Notes: generated from the letters alone by a model not told the origin. Numbered from the stretch's first letter, positions 53,649 through 62,679 are shown. The stretch: 64,000 nucleotides of DNA from an uncultured Candidatus Saccharibacteria bacterium (GCA_964610995.1 CAZSWF010000001.1:2813-66812), one strand, 5' to 3'. Numbers and translations: made by a program.

Positions 53649-54830
53649 GTGAAATTTACGATACAGAAAAAACTAGACGGCACACTTGCGCGTGCGGGGG
53701 AGCTGGTGACTCCACATGGTGTCATACAGACGCCGGCATTTGTGACGGTGGGGACCAAGTCGACGGTCAAGTCTCTGACGACTGAGCAGATACGCAGCCT
53801 CGGCGCACAAGTCGTACTTGCCAACACATACCATCTGTATCTCCAGCCAGGCACTGATGTGGTGGAGAAGGCGGGAGGATTTGGGAAGTTTATGGACTGG
53901 CACGGACCTACCATGACCGACAGTGGCGGATTTCAGGCATTTTCACTCGGAGCAGCATTTGGTAACAACGTGTCCAAGGTTGCAACAGGTGACGCTGTCT
54001 CAGACATATCTGCGACCAAAGGGCAGCTTGCGATAGTGACTGATGAAGGTGTGACGTTCAAGAGTCATCTCAACGGTGACAAACACCTCTTTACTCCCGA
54101 GAGTTCGATGCTCGCACAATGGAAGATAGGCGCGGACATGATATTTGCATTTGATGAATGCACGAGCCCGAGTGCGCCGTACGAGTATCAAGAGAAGTCT
54201 CTTGCGCGTACGTATGCATGGGCCAAGCGGTGTATCGATGCACATGAAGCACTCGATGTGGAAAAGAAACAAGCACTCTTTGGTGTCGTACAAGGTGGAC
54301 GCTTCCAAGATTTGCGAGAGAAGGCCGCACGAGATCTCGGCGCACTGCCGTTTGACGGCTACGGTATTGGCGGGTCATTTACCAAAGACGACATCGGGAC
54401 CGCCGTAGGGTGGGTCAATGCAATATTGCCCGAAGACAAACCGCGACACCTACTCGGCATCGGAGAGCCTATCGACCTCTTTGAAGGAGTCCAAGCTGGG
54501 TGTGACCTCTTTGACTGCGTGCTCCCGACACGCATCGGGCGACACGGCACACTCTTTACACACGACGGCAAAATCCATATCAAAAATGCACAATACGTCG
54601 AAGACTTCGGTCCGCTTGAGCAGGGTTGTACGTGCTACACGTGTACACATCACACTCGCGCGTACATTGCGCACCTTTTCCGTGCAGATGAAATGACTGC
54701 CGGTACACTTGCAAGTATTCACAATATTCATTTCCTCTTGCGATTGGTAGAAAAGATCCGAGAGACTATCCTCGACGGCACATTTTTTGAGTACAAAAAG
54801 GCATTTGTGGAGCGGTATTATAAGAAATAA
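53649..54830 (+). CDS. tgt: tRNA-guanine transglycosylase
   Basis: ANTYHL, TDSGGFQ, FDEC, VQGG, FDCVLPTR, CxCxxC...H Zn site. Confidence 0.95.
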   Translation: MKFTIQKKLDGTLARAGELVTPHGVIQTPAFVTVGTKSTVKSLTTEQIRSLGAQVVLANTYHLYLQPGTDVVEKAGGFGKFMDWHGPTMTDSGGFQAFSLGAAFGNNVSKVATGDAVSDISATKGQLAIVTDEGVTFKSHLNGDKHLFTPESSMLAQWKIGADMIFAFDECTSPSAPYEYQEKSLARTYAWAKRCIDAHEALDVEKKQALFGVVQGGRFQDLREKAARDLGALPFDGYGIGGSFTKDDIGTAVGWVNAILPEDKPRHLLGIGEPIDLFEGVQAGCDLFDCVLPTRIGRHGTLFTHDGKIHIKNAQYVEDFGPLEQGCTCYTCTHHTRAYIAHLFRADEMTAGTLASIHNIHFLLRLVEKIRETILDGTFFEYKKAFVERYYKK

Positions 54831-54869
54831 CTTTATATTTTCTTTATCTCGGTTCGGTATAGTATAGAA

Positions 54870-55394
54870 ATGAAGTTAAATATCTATATCGATGGCAACA
54901 ATTTGTATCGGGCCGCAAAAGAGCTGGGATTTTATATTGATTACAAAAAATTTCGGGGATGGCTTCGCCAAAAGTATAATCCTAAAAACGTTTTTGTATT
55001 TATAGGACTCATTCCTGATAGAACGAGTTTTTATCAACATTTACAAGAAAGTGGATTTATTCTCATTTTCAAACAAACGATTTCTGTAGAAGGTATCGTT
55101 AAAGGAAACTGTGATGCCGAATTAGTTTTGAAGGCAGTTTCAGATTTTTATACTAAAAAAACAAACTCTTTCATTCTTGTTACAGGAGACGGAGATTTTG
55201 GATGTCTTGTTGGGTTTCTGCAAGAAAACAATGTCTTTAACAGAATATTGGCACCGAGCAGAGAAAAGCTATCGTTTCTACTTCGTAATAAAACAGAAGA
55301 CATTACTTTTCTGACTGATCATTATCATAAGTTTTCTACTCAAAAAGAAAAAGCCCCCGGTGGAGACGTATCTACACGAGGTTCTTTTTCATAG
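54870..55394 (+). CDS. NYN (LabA/DUF88, PIN-like) ribonuclease domain protein
   Basis: YIDGNNL, KGNCDAEL, VTGDGDF acidic motifs; AT-rich. Confidence 0.9.
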   Translation: MKLNIYIDGNNLYRAAKELGFYIDYKKFRGWLRQKYNPKNVFVFIGLIPDRTSFYQHLQESGFILIFKQTISVEGIVKGNCDAELVLKAVSDFYTKKTNSFILVTGDGDFGCLVGFLQENNVFNRILAPSREKLSFLLRNKTEDITFLTDHYHKFSTQKEKAPGGDVSTRGSFS

Positions 55395-55469
55395 TGACCA
55401 ACCTATTGTAACATAGATTTGTATCATTATGCAATTACCTTATTACTAAGGAGGGCCGAAGCCGTTTGT
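55342..55469 (-). ncRNA. Predicted antisense small RNA(s) overlapping the NYN 3' end
   Basis: Two minus-strand promoters (TTGACA-17-TACGAT at 55476-55504; TTGCAT-18-TACAAT at 55405-55434), no sizeable ORF, ending in hairpin 55347-55390 plus a U tract. Confidence 0.45.
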
Positions 55470-55542
55470 AAATTAATCGTAACAAACCATACTACTTTTG
55501 TCAATTACGCAAATAATTTAAAATAATTGCTATACTTATCCC

Positions 55543-55665
55543 ATGATCCTCCGTAAATCATTTTTCTACATTCTCATATTCACAGCCATTGCTTCGTTTC
55601 TGACGTATCAGATCGTGCACAAGGCATACGCTATTTCGTATGACGAAGCACTGTACGATTTTTAG
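55543..55665 (+). CDS. 40-aa single-TM small protein, absent from the ORF track
   Basis: MILRKSFFYILIFTAIASFLTYQIVHKAYAISYDEALYDF; TGC-TATACT 6 nt before the ATG. Confidence 0.55.
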   Translation: MILRKSFFYILIFTAIASFLTYQIVHKAYAISYDEALYDF

Positions 55666-55684
55666 GGTATGGTAGTATTGCTGT

Positions 55685-57748
55685 ATGCAATTCAAACTCT
55701 CAGGAGAATACCAGCCGGCGGGTGACCAGCCAGCTGCGATCAAGGCGTTGGTCAAAGGGCTCAAGGACGGCAAGCAGATGCAAACACTGCTGGGAGCGAC
55801 CGCAACCGGTAAGACATTCACTATGGCCAACATCATAGAGAGCGTGCAGAAGCCGACACTCGTGATCGCGCACAACAAAACACTCGCCGCACAACTTGCT
55901 CAGGAGTTCAAAAGCTATTTCCCGGACAACGTCGTCCACTACTTCGTTTCGTACTACGACTATTACCAGCCCGAGGCGTACATGCCGATCACGGATACGT
56001 TTATTGAGAAAGACGCACAGATCAACAAAGAAATCGATCGACTTCGCCATGCCACAACGCAAGCATTGCTCACGCGCAAAGACGTGATCATTGTTGCGTC
56101 AGTCTCATGTATCTACGGTCTCGGTAGTCCTGTGGAGTATGAAAAGACAAATTTTAAAATAGAAAAAGGTATGAAGCTCTCGCGTACCCAAGCAATGGAG
56201 CGTCTCATCTCGATTCATTTTTCTCGAACCAATGCCGACCTTGAGAGCGGAACATTCAGAGCACTTGGCAACAAGATCGACATCATGCCCGTCTCTGACA
56301 CGATCATGTACCAGATCGACTTCACCGGCAACGTCGTGCAAAGTATCGTAAAAATAGATCCTGTATCGTCACGTATCATCACTGAGGACGAACCATTTGT
56401 ATACATTTTCCCAGCAAAGCACTTCATCACCAATGGCGAAGAAAAAGATCGCGCAGTGCGCGACATAGAGCACGAGCTCAAAGAGCAACTCAAACATTTT
56501 GAAGCAGAAGGCAAACTCCTCGAAGCAGAACGCATCAAGCGTCGCACGACGTACGACCTCGCGATGATCCGTGAGATGGGATACTGCTCCGGTATCGAAA
56601 ACTACTCTCGTCACATGTCGGGCAAAGCAGCGGGGGAGCCACCAGAAACGCTGCTTTCATACTTTCCTCATGACAAAGATGGCAAACCAGAATTTATGCT
56701 CTTTATCGATGAGTCTCATGTGACTATCCCACAGCTTGGTGGTATGTACGCAGGAGATGCATCGCGCAAGACGACACTTGTCGAGTTTGGCTTCAGACTT
56801 CCAAGCGCCAAAGACAACAGACCGCTCAAGTTCGAAGAATTTAAAGAGCGCATTGGTCAGACCATATTTGTTTCTGCTACACCGGGCAAATACGAAGCGG
56901 AGAACTCAGAGCAGATCGTGGAGCAGATCATCCGACCGACAGGACTCGTCGATCCGCTCGTAGAGGTGCGACCTATTTTAGAAAAGGGTGAGTACTTGGG
57001 CCAAGTCCAAGACTTCATCACAGAAGCCGAAAAAGAAATTGCGACCGGTGGACGCGTGCTCGCAACGACACTCACCAAACGTATGGCCGAAGACCTCTCT
57101 GCATATCTCAAGGATCGCAAGATCAAGGCTGAGTATTTGCACTCTGATATCAAGACGATTGAACGCATCCAGATCATCACCAAGTTTCGAAAAGGAGAGT
57201 TCGACATACTCGTCGGCGTGAACCTGCTACGCGAGGGCTTGGACATGCCCGAGGTGTCACTCATCGGTATTCTCGATGCGGACAAAGAAGGCTTCCTCCG
57301 TAGCGAAGTCTCACTCATCCAGACGATCGGTCGCGCAGCGCGCAATGCCAATGGTCGCGTCATACTGTATGCCGACCAGATGACTGGCTCGATGGAGCGC
57401 GCGATCGGCGAGACCACCCGTCGTCGTGAGAAACAGCTCGCGTACAACAAAGAGCACGGCATTACCCCCAAGACTATTAGCAAAGTGATCCGTGACATCA
57501 CCGAAGGTATGGAGAGTGATCATGCCAAGGCCGTCAACGCTGAGCTCGCACTCGACCTCGCGCTGTTTGCGCAGATCGAAAAGGACCAGAAGGGGCGCAA
57601 GACCAAAGGCAAAAACCCGATCGAGAAACTCATAAAAATAAAAGAAGCAGAAATGAAAGAAGCCGTGAAGCTCCTCGACTTCGAAACCGCAGCGATCCTC
57701 CGTGATGAGATCGGTGTGTTGCGGGAGAAGACGTATATCAATCCATAG
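55685..57748 (+). CDS. uvrB: Excinuclease ABC subunit B
   Basis: PAGDQP, GATATGKT, YYDYYQPEAY, DESH, QTIGRAARN. Confidence 0.98.
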   Translation: MQFKLSGEYQPAGDQPAAIKALVKGLKDGKQMQTLLGATATGKTFTMANIIESVQKPTLVIAHNKTLAAQLAQEFKSYFPDNVVHYFVSYYDYYQPEAYMPITDTFIEKDAQINKEIDRLRHATTQALLTRKDVIIVASVSCIYGLGSPVEYEKTNFKIEKGMKLSRTQAMERLISIHFSRTNADLESGTFRALGNKIDIMPVSDTIMYQIDFTGNVVQSIVKIDPVSSRIITEDEPFVYIFPAKHFITNGEEKDRAVRDIEHELKEQLKHFEAEGKLLEAERIKRRTTYDLAMIREMGYCSGIENYSRHMSGKAAGEPPETLLSYFPHDKDGKPEFMLFIDESHVTIPQLGGMYAGDASRKTTLVEFGFRLPSAKDNRPLKFEEFKERIGQTIFVSATPGKYEAENSEQIVEQIIRPTGLVDPLVEVRPILEKGEYLGQVQDFITEAEKEIATGGRVLATTLTKRMAEDLSAYLKDRKIKAEYLHSDIKTIERIQIITKFRKGEFDILVGVNLLREGLDMPEVSLIGILDADKEGFLRSEVSLIQTIGRAARNANGRVILYADQMTGSMERAIGETTRRREKQLAYNKEHGITPKTISKVIRDITEGMESDHAKAVNAELALDLALFAQIEKDQKGRKTKGKNPIEKLIKIKEAEMKEAVKLLDFETAAILRDEIGVLREKTYINP

Positions 57749-57779
57749 CACGCACCAATACGTGCTAGACTATATACAT

Positions 57780-58181
57780 ATGACACCACACACAGCAGGC
57801 GTACTGGTTTCTTTGCTTCAAATCATTATTGCACTTGGACTCATCAATGTATGGATACTGCGTTTCCACAAACGTACACAGTATCGCGGTGGCGATGCGG
57901 GCAACATGCGAGAAGAGTTTGCCGCATATGGTCTGCCGGTATGGTCAGTGTATGTGGTAGGTACGCTCAAGGTTGCTATCGCGCTCATACTCCTTGCGAC
58001 ACTCGTGGCACCAGCACTCATGTATACCGCTACAGTACTTGCGCTTGGCCTGCTTGCATTTCTCATGCTCGGCGCACTCTCGATGCACCTCAAGGTCCAT
58101 GATCGATTTACCAAATTCATCCCCGCACTTTCTATCCTTGCGATGACACTCTTGACCCTGTACCTCATGACACTCGCGTAG
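57780..58181 (+). CDS. DoxX-like membrane protein
   Basis: NVWILRF...YRGG.A.NM.EEFAAYGLP; MLGALSMHLKV.D. Confidence 0.8.
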   Translation: MTPHTAGVLVSLLQIIIALGLINVWILRFHKRTQYRGGDAGNMREEFAAYGLPVWSVYVVGTLKVAIALILLATLVAPALMYTATVLALGLLAFLMLGALSMHLKVHDRFTKFIPALSILAMTLLTLYLMTLA

Positions 58182-58190
58182 TTCACTAGT

Positions 58191-58586
58191 ATGGATTCAT
58201 CTACCTCATATACACAACTCCTGCGACCATCATGGGCTCCACCGAGCTGGCTTTTTGGGCCGGTGTGGAGCGTGCTCTATGCGATCATCGCTGTATCATT
58301 TGGCACTGTCTTTTACAAAACATGGAAAGGGGAGCTCTCGTTTGCAGTAGTACTTCCATTCATCCTCAACCTCATCTTCAACTTTTCATTTACCTATTTC
58401 CAGTTTGGTATTAAAAATAACTTACTCGCCTCAATCGACATCGTACTCGTACTCATTACGCTCATCTGGGCGATAGTCGCTATCTACCCACACGTGCGCT
58501 GGATCGCGCTTGCCAACATCCCATATCTGCTCTGGGTTTCTTTTGCGACGGTGTTGCAGCTCACTATTACGGTGATGAATCGATAG
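58191..58586 (+). CDS. tspO: TspO/MBR family protein
   Basis: PSWAPPSWLFGPVWSVLY; PYLLWVSFATVL. Confidence 0.9.
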   Translation: MDSSTSYTQLLRPSWAPPSWLFGPVWSVLYAIIAVSFGTVFYKTWKGELSFAVVLPFILNLIFNFSFTYFQFGIKNNLLASIDIVLVLITLIWAIVAIYPHVRWIALANIPYLLWVSFATVLQLTITVMNR

Positions 58587-58661
58587 TAAGAGAAAGGTAT
58601 TGACTTTTGTACAAAAAAGTGATATAATGTACTTATACTTGAACCTTTAAAAATAAAAACT

Positions 58662-59171
58662 ATGCACCCAGTTATGTTCATACTTCTCTGTATCGGAGGA
58701 GTCGCCCTGCTTATGGTATACGGTATCAACCCTGCTATTGCGCGCCGTGATGCGCGAAAATCCCAGGAAGCCATCGATCGCAATATCGAATGGCAGCTTC
58801 TGGAAGGATTGGAGTATCCTCATCAGATTACTATCGCGCTTCTGGCGCAGTATTCTGACAAAGAAAAAATCGCCCGGATTATCTCTTCTCGGATACGAGA
58901 GTACCTCGCTATTGGTGCTCATCCTCAGCAGTTGGCAAGGTTGTTTGAAAATCTCGGCCTCTATGATGAAACCAAAAAAGGTGACACCAGAGAGATTGAG
59001 ATTGCTGCACTGATCAAGTACTACGTGCTCGAGGATGTTTCCCGCACTGATTTAAGTAATTACCGGAGCACACTTACAAGCGACAAGGTCAGAGGGCTGG
59101 AGAGGCTCAACATGAGCTTCATCATGAAGGCAAAGAAATCATCGTTCGTTTGGAGTCCGCTCGACAATTAG
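58662..59171 (+). CDS. Orphan membrane-anchored protein
   Basis: N-terminal TM; own TTGACT-17-TATAAT promoter (58600-58628) and terminator (59197-59228). Confidence 0.7.
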   Translation: MHPVMFILLCIGGVALLMVYGINPAIARRDARKSQEAIDRNIEWQLLEGLEYPHQITIALLAQYSDKEKIARIISSRIREYLAIGAHPQQLARLFENLGLYDETKKGDTREIEIAALIKYYVLEDVSRTDLSNYRSTLTSDKVRGLERLNMSFIMKAKKSSFVWSPLDN

Positions 59172-59196
59172 TCAGCGCTTCTCCCATGTTCATCAT

Positions 59197-59260
59197 CCAG
59201 TGTGTCACACGACACACTGGTTTTTTTTGTATAAAAATTCCCCTGTATTGCTACAGGGGA
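59197..59260. terminator. Two back-to-back terminators of convergent orphan genes
   Basis: CCAGTGTGTC-ACAC-GACACACTGG+T8 on the plus strand; TCCCCTGTA-TTGC-TACAGGGGA preceded by an A tract for the minus strand. Confidence 0.8.
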
Positions 59261-59273
59261 CTACTGCGTATGG

Positions 59274-59690
59274 TTACGCAGCTTTTTCTTTTGGATAGAT
59301 CATAGTGTCATTTTGCCAGTCGGTATGTACCGTTTCTTTTTGGAAATCGAGCCACACCATTGTTCTGGAAGGGAAGAAGGTGTTGGGTATCTGAGCTTTA
59401 CACAGAAATTTTGAAAGAGGGTATTCTGGTGCCCAGTCCACATCTAGCGTCAGTTGCCCCTTCCTTTCGGCATACGGTGTCGCGTACTTCCTCAATTCAT
59501 CTGAAAAGATCTTGATCTGCTCGTCCGTGATTGTTGTCGCAGTATGTACACTCATTTTAGCAAAGGTGGCGAGTATTGATCCAAACCCGTCCATCCCACC
59601 GTTTGCACGATCACCATATTCTGGCTTTTTCATAAAGGAAACGTACCACTCGATGGTGGCGTCGATCATGTTAGTTGCAGTCTGTGTCAT
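59274..59690 (-). CDS. Orphan hypothetical protein (possibly phage-derived)
   Basis: 138-aa ORF with its own TTGACA-16-TACAAT promoter (59709-59736). Confidence 0.7.
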   Translation of the reverse strand: MTQTATNMIDATIEWYVSFMKKPEYGDRANGGMDGFGSILATFAKMSVHTATTITDEQIKIFSDELRKYATPYAERKGQLTLDVDWAPEYPLSKFLCKAQIPNTFFPSRTMVWLDFQKETVHTDWQNDTMIYPKEKAA

Positions 59691-59792
59691 AAAATGTGCG
59701 TTTTTATTATTGTAACATATATCACTTATTTGTCAATTTGTACGGCGGGGTAGGGGTTTGTGAAAGAAGGGGAAGTGTGGGATAGTATCAAT

Positions 59793-60140
59793 ATGGAAAA
59801 CGCCAGCAGGTTTACTGCTCTCGTAGAGCGTATCAAAAAATTCTCAGCCGATCGTGATTGGTCTCAATTTCATGACCCAAAGAACCTTGCAATATCTTTG
59901 AATCTAGAAGCTTCAGAAGTGCTTGAGTTGTATCAGTGGACAAAAGACAATCAGCTTAAACCTGAGCGTGCCGGTAAAATAAATGACGAGCTTGCAGATG
60001 TCTTTTATTGGCTTGTTCTTCTTTCAAACTACTACAATATAGATCTTGTCGAAGCACTTGATAAAAAAATGGATCAAAATGAGCAAAAATATCCAGTAGA
60101 GAAAGCGAAAGGAAAATCAGATAAATATAATGAACTGTAA
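59793..60140 (+). CDS. MazG-like nucleotide pyrophosphohydrolase (dCTPase/RS21-C6-like)
   Basis: RDWSQFHDPKNLAISLNLEASEVLELYQW, DELADV, KM..NE.KYP. Confidence 0.92.
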   Translation: MENASRFTALVERIKKFSADRDWSQFHDPKNLAISLNLEASEVLELYQWTKDNQLKPERAGKINDELADVFYWLVLLSNYYNIDLVEALDKKMDQNEQKYPVEKAKGKSDKYNEL

Positions 60141-60143
60141 TGT

Positions 60144-62174
60144 ATGTCAAAAATACAATCGTTTAAATTTAATAGAGATAATTTTCAAAACATAAAAGCC
60201 TACCGTTTTGGGAAAAATTGGCCAGTTGTATATGTTGCAGAAAATGGAAAGGAGGCGTATATAGGTGAAACAGTAAATGTATTTCATAGAAGTCGTCAGC
60301 ACTATGAAAATCCTGAACGACAAAAACTAAATAAAATACATATTGTAACTGATGAAGAATTTAATAAATCAGCTGCTTTAGATATTGAGTCATGGCTTAT
60401 TCAATATATGTCGGCCGATCAAATATTTACTCTTCAAAATGGTAATAGTGGTCTTCAAAATCATAACTACTATGATCGTCCAAAATATAAAGCAAAATTT
60501 GAACTAATCTGGGAAAAGTTTAGAGAAATGGGTATTGCAAAAAATACCTTAGAAGATTTAAAAAATACAGACCTTTTTAAATATTCTCCCTATAAATCAT
60601 TAACTGAAGATCAGTTTATTGTTGCTCGGCAAATTTTTGAAGATTTAAAAAATAATCAAGCTCAAACGTATATTATAAATGGAAAACCAGGGACAGGTAA
60701 AACAATTCTTGCAACCTATCTTTTTAAATATTTAAAAGAACAAGATGAAACAAAACACCTAAAGATGGCCCTCGTAGTACCAATGACTTCTCTTCGAAAA
60801 ACTATTGGAAAAGTTTTTAGTAAAATAAAAGGATTGAGTAGTGGAATGGTAATTGGGCCAAATAAAGTAGCGCGAGGAGCTTATGATCTTGTAATCGTCG
60901 ATGAAGCACATCGTTTACAAAGGAGAAAAAATATTATGGGCATGGGTGCTTATGACAATATAAACAGATTTCTTAACTTGTCTGCAGAGTCGACGAATCT
61001 TGATTGGATAATGAAAACCTCAAAACATCAAATATTTTTTTATGATGAAAATCAAAGTATCAAACCTTCTGATGTTAGAAAGGAAGATTTTAATAATCTA
61101 AATGCAAAACATTATAAACTTACAACACAAATGCGCATAGGAGCTGGTGATGAGTATATTCATTTTATTGAGGATTTATTTGATCTTAAGGTTCCAGATA
61201 AAACAAGTTTTGAAAATTATGATTTTAAAGTCTATGAAAGCGTTGAAGGCATGGTTTCAGATATAAAACAAAAAGATAAAAAATATGGACTTTCTCGAGT
61301 AGTAGCGGGATATGCATGGCCTTGGCATACAAGAAATGGTGTTCAGCCTTATGATATTGAAATTGGAGGATATAAAGGCGTGTGGAATTCTACCGCGACA
61401 GATTGGGTAAATGCACCCAATGCCATAAACGAAGTTGGATGTATTCATACAGTCCAAGGGTATGACTTGAATTATGTAGGAGTAATTATTGGCCCCGAAT
61501 TTGGATACGACACAAAAAATAAAAAATTTTTTGTAGATAAAAAGAAATATCTCGATAGGAATGGTCGTGCCGGGGTACATGATCCGGTTGAGTTAGAACA
61601 ATATATTAAAAATATTTATAAAACAATTCTTACTCGGGGAATCCGAGGAACTTTTGTGTATATATGTGATGATAGTTTAAGATCTTATTTTAATAGTATT
61701 TTAAATAAAGGCGATAACTTAGAAAAAAGTTCAATTATTAAAACTTCGATCGAATCAATTTATTTTAATAAAGAAACAGTTAAATTACCTTTATTTGAGT
61801 CTGTTGGGTGTGGTGAGTTTATGATCGCAAATTCTCTCCCAGAAGATTTTTTGAAAGTAGATAAAAAATATGTTTCAACTGGATCAAAATATTTCGTACT
61901 TCGTGTTTCTGGAGATTCTATGAATCAGGTAGGTATAAACGATGGTGATTTAGTATTATGTCGTAAAGAATATAATCCACCGCAAGGAAAAAATGTAGTA
62001 GCCTTGGTAGGTGATGATGCTACTATCAAAGAGTATTGGAAAGAAGGAAAAACAGTAATCTTGAAACCAAAATCAAGTAATCCAAAACATCAAGTTATGG
62101 AATTTACAGAAGATGAACAGGTTTTTATTCAAGGTGTTGTTCTCCGAGTTTTAAAAGATGGTGATTATGAATAG
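60144..62174 (+). CDS. GIY-YIG nuclease - DUF2075 (Schlafen group 3-like) helicase - S24 LexA-like peptidase fusion
   Basis: VVY...YIGET..R...H; Walker A GKPGTGKT; DEAH; QMR; HTVQGYDL; LTRG; C-terminal VGCG, GDSM, TIK. Confidence 0.88.
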   Translation: MSKIQSFKFNRDNFQNIKAYRFGKNWPVVYVAENGKEAYIGETVNVFHRSRQHYENPERQKLNKIHIVTDEEFNKSAALDIESWLIQYMSADQIFTLQNGNSGLQNHNYYDRPKYKAKFELIWEKFREMGIAKNTLEDLKNTDLFKYSPYKSLTEDQFIVARQIFEDLKNNQAQTYIINGKPGTGKTILATYLFKYLKEQDETKHLKMALVVPMTSLRKTIGKVFSKIKGLSSGMVIGPNKVARGAYDLVIVDEAHRLQRRKNIMGMGAYDNINRFLNLSAESTNLDWIMKTSKHQIFFYDENQSIKPSDVRKEDFNNLNAKHYKLTTQMRIGAGDEYIHFIEDLFDLKVPDKTSFENYDFKVYESVEGMVSDIKQKDKKYGLSRVVAGYAWPWHTRNGVQPYDIEIGGYKGVWNSTATDWVNAPNAINEVGCIHTVQGYDLNYVGVIIGPEFGYDTKNKKFFVDKKKYLDRNGRAGVHDPVELEQYIKNIYKTILTRGIRGTFVYICDDSLRSYFNSILNKGDNLEKSSIIKTSIESIYFNKETVKLPLFESVGCGEFMIANSLPEDFLKVDKKYVSTGSKYFVLRVSGDSMNQVGINDGDLVLCRKEYNPPQGKNVVALVGDDATIKEYWKEGKTVILKPKSSNPKHQVMEFTEDEQVFIQGVVLRVLKDGDYE

Positions 62175-62185
62175 ATAATTTCTTC

Positions 62186-62395
62186 ATGCTCATCAAAGTC
62201 ACCGTTCACCCAGAAAGTCATGAAGATAAGGTTGTCCGGATTGGGGATGATAGCTACGAAGTATACGTGCGAGCGGGAGCGCAGAATGGGCATGCCAACA
62301 AGGTAGTGACCATGCTACTTGCGCAGCATTTCGGTACAGGAGTTCGAATGGTATCCGGCGGGACGCGGACACATAAGGTGTTTCGGATTTCATAA
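62186..62395 (+). CDS. DUF167 (YggU-like) protein
   Basis: IKVTVHP.S...YEVYV.A.A.NG.AN..V..LLA.HF...SGG....K. Confidence 0.8.
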   Translation: MLIKVTVHPESHEDKVVRIGDDSYEVYVRAGAQNGHANKVVTMLLAQHFGTGVRMVSGGTRTHKVFRIS

Positions 62396-62423
62396 AAATA
62401 ACCCGCATAAGAGCGGGTATGAA

Positions 62424-62600
62424 TTAATCTATTGAGTCAGATATTTTTATTGCAGCAATAATTGCAAAAAACACAGTCCATCCAATTGAACGGATTAGTA
62501 GTGGTTTGTTGTAGTTAATAAACAAGAAAAATATTATACCTACTCCGCCAACTATTGCTAATACTAAATACAAGACAAGCCATAATCGTTTTTGGGTCAT
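62424..62600 (-). CDS. 58-aa two-TM orphan protein, absent from the ORF track
   Basis: MTQKRLWLVLYLVLAIVGGVGIIFFLFINYNKPLLIRSIGWTVFFAIIAAIKISDSID; own TTGACA-16-TATTGT promoter (62616-62643). Confidence 0.6.
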   Translation of the reverse strand: MTQKRLWLVLYLVLAIVGGVGIIFFLFINYNKPLLIRSIGWTVFFAIIAAIKISDSID

Positions 62601-62679
62601 GAGTATTTTTAAAGAACAATACCTTTTATTTAGTTTTTGTCAATTTGGATAGTGATAGTATTGAGCGTATACTTTAAAT

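Noticed and set aside
55620-55684. LexA/SOS box upstream of uvrB (and upstream of uvrA at 63590-63659)
   Set aside because: No convincing shared palindrome was found in the two regions.
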